A stretch of DNA of 64,000 bases from positions 1,563 through 65,562 of the forward strand of contig DASWWC010000109.1 in assembly GCA_036401055.1 (NCBI GenBank), given 5' to 3'. The translations under genes were made by a program, and so were the position numbers. Below, in pieces: positions 48,459 to 57,004 of the stretch; positions within the stretch are counted from its first letter, which is position 1; the number at the start of each line of letters is the position of its first letter. The notes beneath the pieces are model-generated. The model searched no databases. It was given only the letters and a program-made list of their open reading frames with translations, and was not told the origin of the DNA. This DNA comes from Roseateles sp. (GTDB lineage Bacteria; Pseudomonadota; Gammaproteobacteria; Burkholderiales; Burkholderiaceae_C).

Positions 48459-51142
48459 CGGCCCGCCGCGCATTCCTCCAGTGGCTGGGCGCCGCGCCGC
48501 TGGCCACGCAGATCCCGCTGACCGCTCATGCGGCTGAAGGCAAGGGCCATGTGCGCGTGCAGGACGCCGCCGTGTCGCTGCAGTTCGACGAGCAGATGCG
48601 CTGCCGCGTCGTCAGCCTGCTGGCCAAGCAGCCCGTCACGCTGACCGGCTTCGACGCCAGCGAACACCTGGTCGTGGGCGGCAAGCCGCTGACGCGCTTC
48701 ACGCTGCAGAAGGCCGAGCCGGCGAAGACGAGCACGCCGTTCGGTGCGGGCCAGACGCTGCGGCTCGTGGGCCGCTCGGCGGACGGCATCGAGAAGCGCG
48801 TCACCGTGACGCTGCTGGACGAACACCCCGGCGTGGCTCTGCTGGACGTCAGCTACACGAACACCGGTAGCAAGCCCGTCGCCGTGGATGCCTGGGTCAA
48901 CGCGGCCCACCGCCTCGCCGCCGCACCACGCCATGCGGGTGGAAGGAACGGCTATTGGACCTACTCCGGCGCCAGCCATGCCGACCGCCGCGACTGGGTG
49001 CAGCCCGTCAGGCGTGGCTATGAGCAGCGCAACTTCATGGGCATGAACGCGTCGGACTACGGCGGCGGCACGCCCGTCGTGGACGTCTGGCGCCGGGATG
49101 TCGGCCTGGCCGTCGGCCACCTGTCCCTTCAACCGCAGCTCGTCGCGCTGCCCGTGAAGGCCAGCGGCGACCAGGTCGAAATCTCGCTGCGTGGCGACAC
49201 GCCGCAGACTTTTGAGCCCGGCGCCACTATGACGACGCCGCCCAGCTTCATCGCCGTGCACCGCGGTGACTTCTACGTGCCGTTGGACCGCTACCGCCGC
49301 CTGATGGCCGCGCAGGGCCTGGTCGCGCCCGAGCCGCCTTCGAGCGCCTACGAGGCGCAGTGGTGCGCCTGGGGCTACGAGCGCGACTTCTCGCTGGACT
49401 ATGTGCGCGCCACGCTGCCCAAGGTGCAGGAGCTGGGCTTCAAGTGGGCGGTGCTGGACGACGGCTGGCAGGTGAAGACCGGCGACTGGACGCCCGATTC
49501 GACTAAGTTCCCGCGCGGCGCCGACGACATGAAGGCGCTGGTGGCCGACATCCACGCCCGCGGCATGAAGGCCCGGCTGTGGATCGCGCCGCTGGCCGTC
49601 GCGCCCGGCAGCGACGAGCTGCACGACCACACCGACCTGCTGCTGCTGGACAAGGACGGCGCGGTGCAGGACGTGACCTGGTGGAACAGCTTCTACCTGT
49701 GCCCGGCCTATTCCAAGACGCAGGAGCGCCTGGCCGCGACCATCAAGATGATCATTGGCGACTGGGGGTTCGACGGGCTCAAGGTCGACGGCCAGCACCT
49801 GAACGGCGTCGCGCCGTGCTTCAACCCCAAGCACAAGCATGCGCGGCCGGAGGAGTCCGTCGAGGCGGTCTCGACCTTCTACAAGGTCATGCACGAGGTG
49901 GCCCACGCGGCCAACCCGGAAGCGGTCGTCGAGGTGTGCCCCTGCGGCACCAGCTACGCCTTCCACAACATGCCGTTCATGGACCAGGCGCCGTCGTCCG
50001 ACCCGCTGTCCAGCTGGCAGATCCGCCACAAGGGCAAGACGCTGAAGGCGCTGATGGGCCCGTGGTCCGCTTACGCGGGCGACCACGTGGAGCTGAGCAC
50101 CGGCGGGCAGGACTTCGCATCCAGCGTCGGCATCGGCGCCGTCGTGGCGACGAAGTTCACGTGGCCGGTGGACCCCAAGCCCAAGGACAGCTTCCTGCTG
50201 ACGCCCGAGCGCGAGGCGCACTGGCGCCAGTGGGTGGACCTGTACAACAAGCAGCGCCTCGCCGAAGGTCGCTACCGCGGCGAGCTGTACGACCTGGGTT
50301 TCGACAAGCCCGAGACCCATGTCGTCGAGCGCAGCGGTGCGCTGCACTACGCCTTCTACGCCGAGCGCTGGGAGGGCCTGGTCACGCTGCGCGGCCTGGG
50401 CGCGGGGCGCTGGACGGTGCGCGACTCGCTGACCGGCAAGGAACTCGGCACCGTGACGGCCGACAAGCCCACGCTGCCCGTGCGCTTCACGCACAGCCTG
50501 CTGATCGAGGCGCGGCCCGAGGCGGCCGACGCGCTGCCCGTCGCCTTCGCCGGCCAGGTCGCGCAGGTCGGCGCCGATGGCTTTCCACTCGCGTCGCAAT
50601 GGGCCGATGCGCCGACGACCTTCTTCCGCCACGACTGGCAGGGCAGGGCGCTGGCCGGGCCGCAGTCCACCCGCGTGCAGCTGCTGCGGGGGCCAGGCCA
50701 GCTCTACCTGCGCTTCATCTGCAAGTACGAGACGCTGAGCACCTACGAGCGCGCGGCTTCCGCGACCGACATCTGGCCGCTGTGGGAGCGCGACGTCGTC
50801 GAGATCTTCCTGCAGGCGCCGGACCGCGCGGGCCTGAAGAGCTATCGCGAGGTGGAGGTGTCGCCCAACGGCCTGCTGCTGGACATCGCGGTCGAGGCCT
50901 CGGGCAAGAAGCGCATCGTTGGCGAGAGCCGCGCCAAGGCGCAAGTCGACGCGAAGAACAAGGTCTGGACCGCCGAGCTGGCCGTGCCCATGCGAGGTGC
51001 GGAAGACGGCTGGCGCCTGAACCTGTTCCGTGTGGAGGGCCAAGGCAAGGACCGCGTGTATTCCGCCTGGAGCCCGACAAAGACCGCCGCTCCCGATTTC
51101 CACGTTCCCGCCGCCTTTGGCCGATTGCTGACCGCCGCATGA
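48455..51142 (+). CDS. GH36-type alpha-galactosidase fused to a C-terminal CBM9/DOMON-like domain, Tat-exported
   Basis: MTARRAFL signal overlapping the previous stop; WCAWGY, VLDDGWQ, KFPRG, LWIAP, GLKVDG; C-terminal WERDVVEIFL..YREVEVSPNG..WTAELAVP..WRLNLFR..DFH. Confidence 0.82.
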   Translation: MTARRAFLQWLGAAPLATQIPLTAHAAEGKGHVRVQDAAVSLQFDEQMRCRVVSLLAKQPVTLTGFDASEHLVVGGKPLTRFTLQKAEPAKTSTPFGAGQTLRLVGRSADGIEKRVTVTLLDEHPGVALLDVSYTNTGSKPVAVDAWVNAAHRLAAAPRHAGGRNGYWTYSGASHADRRDWVQPVRRGYEQRNFMGMNASDYGGGTPVVDVWRRDVGLAVGHLSLQPQLVALPVKASGDQVEISLRGDTPQTFEPGATMTTPPSFIAVHRGDFYVPLDRYRRLMAAQGLVAPEPPSSAYEAQWCAWGYERDFSLDYVRATLPKVQELGFKWAVLDDGWQVKTGDWTPDSTKFPRGADDMKALVADIHARGMKARLWIAPLAVAPGSDELHDHTDLLLLDKDGAVQDVTWWNSFYLCPAYSKTQERLAATIKMIIGDWGFDGLKVDGQHLNGVAPCFNPKHKHARPEESVEAVSTFYKVMHEVAHAANPEAVVEVCPCGTSYAFHNMPFMDQAPSSDPLSSWQIRHKGKTLKALMGPWSAYAGDHVELSTGGQDFASSVGIGAVVATKFTWPVDPKPKDSFLLTPEREAHWRQWVDLYNKQRLAEGRYRGELYDLGFDKPETHVVERSGALHYAFYAERWEGLVTLRGLGAGRWTVRDSLTGKELGTVTADKPTLPVRFTHSLLIEARPEAADALPVAFAGQVAQVGADGFPLASQWADAPTTFFRHDWQGRALAGPQSTRVQLLRGPGQLYLRFICKYETLSTYERAASATDIWPLWERDVVEIFLQAPDRAGLKSYREVEVSPNGLLLDIAVEASGKKRIVGESRAKAQVDAKNKVWTAELAVPMRGAEDGWRLNLFRVEGQGKDRVYSAWSPTKTAAPDFHVPAAFGRLLTAA

Positions 51143-53025
51143 AACTGCTCGCCCTCTCCCTGCTCGTCGCGTTCTCCGCGCAAGCCCAGCAGACGCTCAG
51201 CGCCACCGGTCGCTGGCAGCATCAGCCCGTCGGCACGTCGCCCACGCCGCCCATGGGCTGGTCCAGCTGGAACGCGTTCCGTGTCGACATCACCGAGCAG
51301 AAGGTGCTGGACTCGGCCCAGGTCATCGTCGACTCGGGGCTGGCCAAGGCCGGCTACCGCAACATCAACGTCGACGACGGCTGGTGGCTGAAGCGCCGCA
51401 CCAGCGACGGCCGCCTGCTGGTGCGCACGGGGCTGTTCCCCAGCGCCAACGTCGGCGCGGGCAAGGACTCGTCGCTGCGGCCCTTCACCGACCGCATCCA
51501 CGCGATGGGCCTGAAGGCGGGCCTGTACACCGACATCGGCCGCAATGCCTGCTCGCAGGCCTACGACGCCGACAGCCCTAACCTGCCCGAGGGCACGCAT
51601 GCCGAGCGCGAAGTGGGGCTGATGGGCCACATGCGCCAGGACGTCGAACTGTTCTTCAAGGAGTGGAACTTCGACTACCTGAAGGTGGACGGCTGCGGGC
51701 TGTCGTCATACGGCCGCGACCGGCCGCATGTCGCCTCGGGCCAGTACCGCGAGTACACACCCACCATCGTCGAAGGCAGCATCAACCAGTCCGACATCGA
51801 GGGCACGAAGAAGCTCTACGGCGAGCTGAAGCAGGCGCTGAACGAGGTGCGCCCGCGCGGCGACTACATGCTGTCGGTGTGCCTGTGGGGCACGGTCAAC
51901 GTGCGCTCCTGGGGGCAGGACTACGGCACGCTGTGGCGCAGCAGCCGCGATATCTGGAAGGGCTTCGCCCAGATGGTGCACAACTTCGACACCGTCGCCA
52001 CGCGCGAGTTCTACGCCGGCCCCGGCCGCTGGAACGACCCCGACATGCTGGAGATCGGCAACGGCGACTTCGGCGACGGCCACCTGCTGGAGGCGCGCAC
52101 GCACATGGGCCTGTGGGCCATCATGGCCGCGCCGCTGATGATAGGCACCGACCTGTCCAAGGCCTCGCCCGCCATCATCGACATCCTGAAGGCGCCCGAG
52201 GTCGTGGCCATCAACCAGGACCCGGCCGGCCACCAGGGCGTGCTGGCCTACGCCGACAGCGACCGGCAGATCGTCGTGAAGACCTTGGCCGACGGTCGCA
52301 AGGCCGTGCTGCTGTTCAACCGCACCGGTGCCAACGCCAAGTTCACGCTGACTGCCGATCACCTGAAGATGGACGCCACGTCGCCCATCGTCTTGCGTGA
52401 CGCCTGGGCGCGCGCCGACGCCGGCGCGTTCACGGCCAAGCGTGAGTTCGAGCTGAAGCCCCGCGAGGCGCTGCTGTTCACCGCCACCGGCAAGCATGTG
52501 CTGCCGCGCGGCTACTTCGTGTCCGAGCGGCCCGGCAGCGTCTACGTGGCGCGCGACGGCATCCGCGCGCTGGAGCAGGACCCCATCGTCTACCGCGCGC
52601 TGGCGTCGTGGTCCACCACCGACAACGGCGGCACCCGCCCGGCCTATGCCGGCTGGGGCGGCCCGCGCGCTGACTCGACGCCCTACGACCAGGCCCTCAG
52701 CGTGCAGCGCCAGGTGTTCCGCCACGGCGTGGGCGTTCTGGCCGACTCGCGCCTGCAGGTGAAGGTCGCGCCCGGCTCGCAGCGCTTCACGGCGCGCGTG
52801 GGCGTGGACGACTCGACGCGCGGCAAGACCGCCGGCGTCAGCTTCGAGGTCTGGGGCGACGGCCGCAAGCTCGCGAACACCGCACCGATGAAGTTCAAGC
52901 AGCCGGCGCTTGAACTCAGCGCCGACCTGCGCGGCGTGAAGCTGATCGAGCTGATCGCGCGCCAGCATGGGGCCGACACCGCAGGCCCCGTCGTCGTGAC
53001 CTGGGGCGAGGCGCGCATCGAGTAG
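51139..53025 (+). CDS. GH27 alpha-galactosidase/alpha-N-acetylgalactosaminidase with C-terminal NPCBM domain
   Basis: MKLLAL start (ATGA overlap); PTPPMGWSSWN, VDDGWW, YLKVDGC, WNDPDMLEIG; C-terminal FTARVGVDD..SFEVWGDG..ADLRGVK. Confidence 0.88.
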   Translation: MKLLALSLLVAFSAQAQQTLSATGRWQHQPVGTSPTPPMGWSSWNAFRVDITEQKVLDSAQVIVDSGLAKAGYRNINVDDGWWLKRRTSDGRLLVRTGLFPSANVGAGKDSSLRPFTDRIHAMGLKAGLYTDIGRNACSQAYDADSPNLPEGTHAEREVGLMGHMRQDVELFFKEWNFDYLKVDGCGLSSYGRDRPHVASGQYREYTPTIVEGSINQSDIEGTKKLYGELKQALNEVRPRGDYMLSVCLWGTVNVRSWGQDYGTLWRSSRDIWKGFAQMVHNFDTVATREFYAGPGRWNDPDMLEIGNGDFGDGHLLEARTHMGLWAIMAAPLMIGTDLSKASPAIIDILKAPEVVAINQDPAGHQGVLAYADSDRQIVVKTLADGRKAVLLFNRTGANAKFTLTADHLKMDATSPIVLRDAWARADAGAFTAKREFELKPREALLFTATGKHVLPRGYFVSERPGSVYVARDGIRALEQDPIVYRALASWSTTDNGGTRPAYAGWGGPRADSTPYDQALSVQRQVFRHGVGVLADSRLQVKVAPGSQRFTARVGVDDSTRGKTAGVSFEVWGDGRKLANTAPMKFKQPALELSADLRGVKLIELIARQHGADTAGPVVVTWGEARIE

Positions 53026-53181
53026 CCGCGCCCCAGCCCACGCGTCTCTTTTCTCCCTGTCATGGCACCGGTCGCGCCGGTGCCCCGGCCGCGCTCGCGC
53101 TGACGCGGCCGGGTTCACCTGTCCAACGCGCTGTGCTCATCCACCTTCGGGCCTGACGCCCGACCTCACGAGGAGACCCCG

Positions 53182-55020
53182 ATGCCCTACATGCGTCCCT
53201 GCCCTTTGCCCCGCACCCTTGCGGGCGCCTTCGGTTCGGTGTTGCTTGCCGCGCTGCCCACCATCGCGACCGCCGTGCCGCTGGTGTCCAACCCGTCCGG
53301 CGCCTGCCTGGAGGCCAAGGTGGACACCTGGGACATCCGCCTGGCGACCTGCAACGCCGGCGCGCTGCAGGACTTCACGCTGACGCCGGTCGGCACGGGC
53401 AGCAACATCGTGACCCTCAGGAACGCGCAGGCCAACCTGTGCGTCGCCGCGACGGGCACCAGCGGCGGCTCCTTCGTGGAGCTGGGCAGCTGCCAGTCCA
53501 CGCAGACGGGCCAGCGCTTCCAGGCCGTGGCGCTGGCCGGCGGCGCCACGTCTCAGCTGAAGCTCGCCGCCAACAACCTGTGCCTGACGGCGCCGGCGAC
53601 GGTCGGCCAGGTCGGCCTCTCGGTCGCGACCTGCAACACCGCCAACGCCAACCAGGCGTGGCGCCTCGGCGGTACCACGCCACCGCCGCCGCCCGCGCCG
53701 GGCACGGTCGAGACCAGCTTCACCGTCAGCACCGCCGAGATCGCCAACCCCGAGCGCGGCATGTACGTCTGGGCGGCCGACAACCTGCTGCAGTGGACGC
53801 AGGCCAACGCCGATGCCCAGTTCCAGGAAGGCTATCGCGTCGTCTATGCGCCGGTGCGGCTGGACGCCTACGCCGCCACCACGCTCCCCGCCAGCCTGCT
53901 GACGCAGCTGTCGGAGCGCTTCGCGATGGCGCGCCGCGCCGGCCTGAAGCTGGTGCCGCGATTCCTCTACAACTACCCCGAGAACGAGACCGAGTACCGC
54001 AACGTCAAGGACGCGCCGCTGGCCCGCGTGCTGGGCCACATCGACCAGCTCAAGCCCGTGCTGGCGGCCAACGCCGACGTCATCGCCTACCTGCAGGCCG
54101 GCTTCATCGGCGCCTGGGGCGAGTGGCACACCTCGTCCAACAACCTCACCGACAGCGGGCCTCGCACGCAGATCCGCGATGCGCTGCTGAGCGCGCTGCC
54201 GGCCGACCGCTTCCTGCAGCTGCGCTACCCGGCCTATCTGATGGCCTGGGCGTCGCAGGTGCCCAGCTGGCGCGACGGCTCCGCGGCCTCGCGCATCGGC
54301 GCGCACAACGACTGCTTCCTGGCCTCGGCCACCGACGTGGGCACCTACAGCGAGAACGCCAGCCAGCGCACGAACGAGCGCAACTACATCGCGGCGCTGT
54401 CTCGCGTGGCGCCGTTTGGCGGCGAGACCTGCAACCCCGCGGACGAGCAGAACCCGACGCCGCGCACCAACTGCACCGACATCCTCAACGAGGGCCGGCA
54501 GTTCAACCTGACCTACCTGAACAACAGCTACTACCGCGAGCTGTTCCACACGCGCTGGGAGCAGCAGAGCTGCATGGCCGAGGTCAAGCGCAGCATCGGC
54601 TACCGCTTCGAGTTCTCGACGCTGCGCCACAGCGATGCGGTGACGGCGGGGCAGTCCGGCACGCTGATGCTCACGGTGAAGAACAGCGGCTGGGCACGTG
54701 CCTTCAACCCGCGTGCGGTGCAGTTGCTGCTGAAGCACAAGAGCAGCGGCGCCGTCGTGCGCATCGCACTGCCGACGGTGGACCCGCGGACCTGGCTGCC
54801 CACCACGACCACCACCGTGTCGGCCGGCTTCACCGTGCCGGCGGGTACGCCCACCGGCGCCTACGACGTGCTGATCGCGCTGCCCGACGGCGCCGCCTCA
54901 CTGGCCGGCGAAGTGCGCTACAGCGTGCGCCCCGCCAACGCGGACAACGCAGCCAAGGCCCAGGCCTGGGATGCGGCGCTGGGCGCCTTCCGCGCCGGCA
55001 CGACGCTGACGGTGCGCTGA
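53182..55020 (+). CDS. Secreted ricin-B-lectin + DUF4874/DUF4832-like protein (candidate glycoside hydrolase)
   Basis: Cys/QxW/QxF ricin repeats, Pro linker, ANPERG, KLVPRFLY, GFIGAWGEWH, HNDCFLAS, GGET, IGYRF. Confidence 0.75.
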   Translation: MPYMRPCPLPRTLAGAFGSVLLAALPTIATAVPLVSNPSGACLEAKVDTWDIRLATCNAGALQDFTLTPVGTGSNIVTLRNAQANLCVAATGTSGGSFVELGSCQSTQTGQRFQAVALAGGATSQLKLAANNLCLTAPATVGQVGLSVATCNTANANQAWRLGGTTPPPPPAPGTVETSFTVSTAEIANPERGMYVWAADNLLQWTQANADAQFQEGYRVVYAPVRLDAYAATTLPASLLTQLSERFAMARRAGLKLVPRFLYNYPENETEYRNVKDAPLARVLGHIDQLKPVLAANADVIAYLQAGFIGAWGEWHTSSNNLTDSGPRTQIRDALLSALPADRFLQLRYPAYLMAWASQVPSWRDGSAASRIGAHNDCFLASATDVGTYSENASQRTNERNYIAALSRVAPFGGETCNPADEQNPTPRTNCTDILNEGRQFNLTYLNNSYYRELFHTRWEQQSCMAEVKRSIGYRFEFSTLRHSDAVTAGQSGTLMLTVKNSGWARAFNPRAVQLLLKHKSSGAVVRIALPTVDPRTWLPTTTTTVSAGFTVPAGTPTGAYDVLIALPDGAASLAGEVRYSVRPANADNAAKAQAWDAALGAFRAGTTLTVR

Positions 55021-55045
55021 ATAGGCGAGGCGCCGGCGGACGCAT

Positions 55046-55077
55046 CGAGCGCGCCTTGCAGCCGCAAGGCGCGCTCG
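55046..55077. terminator. 14-bp perfect hairpin between convergent genes
   Basis: CGAGCGCGCCTTGC-agcc-GCAAGGCGCGCTCG; no U-tract on either side. Confidence 0.55.
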
Positions 55078-55088
55078 GGCGGTATCGG

Positions 55089-56036
55089 TCAGATCGGGTT
55101 GGGGATCAGCACCTTGTCGATCACGTGGATGACGCCGTTGCTGGCGCGCACGTCGGTGGCTGTGATGCGGGCGCTAACCTGGGTCGAGTCCCGGATGGTC
55201 GGCGGCGTGCCGGTGTTGATGGTGATCTGTTGGCCCTGCACCGTCGCCACGGGGGTGCCGAACGGGATGCCGGCCGCCAGCACCTGGCCGGCCACGACGT
55301 GATAGGTCAGCACGCTGGCCAGCTGTGCATTGCCCAGCGTGGCCGTGACCGAGGCCACCGCGGTGAACGCGTCACGGGTGGGCGCGAACACGGTGAACGG
55401 GCCGGCGCCGCTGAGCGTGCCCTGCAGGTTGGCCTTGACCACCGCAGCCACCAGCGGCTCGAACTGCGTGTTGACCTGCGCCATCTGCACGATGTTCAGC
55501 ACGCCGGGCGGTACCAGCACCTTGTCGATGACGTGCACGACGCCGTTGCGGGCCTGCACGTCCGCGGTGGTGACGCGTGCGCTGGTCAGCGCCGCGTCCT
55601 GCAGGGACACGCCGCCGCTGGTCGCCACCGTCAGCGAGGCCGCGGCATTGCCGAAGGTGTAGAGCGTGGCCTGCGTGCCGGCCGACAGGTCGGCGGCCAT
55701 CTTCTTGGAGCCCAGCACGTGGTAGCGCAGGATGCTGGCCAGCGCATCGGCGGGCAGCGCGTTGACCATGGCATCGGCGCTGGCAAAGCCCAGCTGCGTG
55801 GCCAGCGTGCCGAACGCGGCGTTGCTGGGCGCGAACACGGTGAGCTGGCCCGACGGGTCGGCCAGCGTCGTGGACAGGCCGGCCTTGGTGGAGGCCGCCA
55901 GCAGCGCGGTGAAGCCCTGTTGCTGGGCCACTTCGGCGATGGTGGGCTGCGGCGGGTCGTCGCTACCGCCGCCACAGGCGGTCAGGAACAGCGACAGCGT
56001 GGTGGCTCCAACGAGCCAATTGATCAGGCGAATCAT
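55089..56036 (-). CDS. Fasciclin (2x FAS1) lipoprotein
   Basis: SD GGAG; lipobox LTA-C; TVFAPSNAAF/TVFAPTRDAF, LRYHV/LTYHV, NGVVHVIDKVL and NGVIHVIDKVL. Confidence 0.92.
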   Translation of the reverse strand: MIRLINWLVGATTLSLFLTACGGGSDDPPQPTIAEVAQQQGFTALLAASTKAGLSTTLADPSGQLTVFAPSNAAFGTLATQLGFASADAMVNALPADALASILRYHVLGSKKMAADLSAGTQATLYTFGNAAASLTVATSGGVSLQDAALTSARVTTADVQARNGVVHVIDKVLVPPGVLNIVQMAQVNTQFEPLVAAVVKANLQGTLSGAGPFTVFAPTRDAFTAVASVTATLGNAQLASVLTYHVVAGQVLAAGIPFGTPVATVQGQQITINTGTPPTIRDSTQVSARITATDVRASNGVIHVIDKVLIPNPI

Positions 56037-56143
56037 CTGTGTCTCCAAAGCGATGTGGGTGGGACCACCGGCGCATCTGCCAAGGGCGGGCGCGACAGGC
56101 AGTGCGGCTCTTACGCGCCGTTCATGGCGCTGGATCAGCGGCA

Positions 56144-56773
56144 TCACACGGCGTTACAGGCAGCACGGCGACGCCGCTCCAGATGACGCGCGGCCTCGGT
56201 CAACGCGGGCGTCATGACGCCCCAGCCGACGGCGAGCACGAGCAGCGCGCGCGTGTCATCCGGGAAGGCGCCGGCGCCCAGCCGCACGGCCGCGAGGTAG
56301 GACAGCGGTCCGCCCACGGCACCCAGCACCGCGGCCAGCAGCGGTCTGCCCTGCAGCCACGCCAGCGGCCCGCGCAGCAGCGTCGCGAACAGCGCCCACA
56401 GCGCCAGGATCCACGGTGGCGCCAGTGACGGCAGCGGACCGGGCGATGCGTAGGCCAGCAGCCCCAGCTGCAGCAGCGCCGTGTCCCAGACGAGGCCCAT
56501 CAGCAGCGCCAGCGCGGTCAGCCGCAGCTCGTCGCCGCGGGCGTTGCTGGCGGCCCAGGTCAGCGCGACGAGGGCCGCCACGGCCAGCATGCCCCAGCCG
56601 CTGCGCCCGTGCGCCGCGCCCAGCACGCAGGCGAACCATGCGGCCTGGAACAGCGCGAACCAGGCCAGGCCGCGAAGCAGCGGGCTGGCCTTGGATGAAG
56701 GCAAGAGCAGGGGCACGGCAGACGGCTCGGTGGCAATGCCTGCATGTACGCAGCGCGCGTGGGCGTGGACCAC
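56144..56773 (-). CDS. DUF2878-like integral membrane protein (start uncertain, possibly GTG 56716)
   Basis: FQAAWFACVLG, PPWILALWALFA, GAVGGPLSYLAAVRLGA. Confidence 0.75.
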   Translation of the reverse strand: MVHAHARCVHAGIATEPSAVPLLLPSSKASPLLRGLAWFALFQAAWFACVLGAAHGRSGWGMLAVAALVALTWAASNARGDELRLTALALLMGLVWDTALLQLGLLAYASPGPLPSLAPPWILALWALFATLLRGPLAWLQGRPLLAAVLGAVGGPLSYLAAVRLGAGAFPDDTRALLVLAVGWGVMTPALTEAARHLERRRRAACNAV

Positions 56774-57004
56774 TCATTCGCTCGCGCTCTCCATGGAAAC
56801 CCGCAGCCCGCTGACGCCGAGCTATGAAATCCGGCGCTCGATCTATCGCGAACCCGGATGCCTTGTTGCTCTGATGTAACCCATATGAAATCTCGATAAG
56901 ACAACGCTGACAACGCATATCTCCGGCAAGCCGGCCGTCCCTAGCATCGCGGCCGCTCTGGCCCTCGACGGTCAGGGTTCAAACCAACAAACCCGGAGAT
57001 AAAC

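Noticed and set aside
5374-53025. Apparent long N-terminal extensions or fusions (5374..7320, 8219..11143, 15572..18196, 39658..41460, 41774..43513, 49579..53025)
   Set aside because: Extensions are off-frame reads of the upstream gene; true starts sit at NTGA overlaps, with signal peptides where expected
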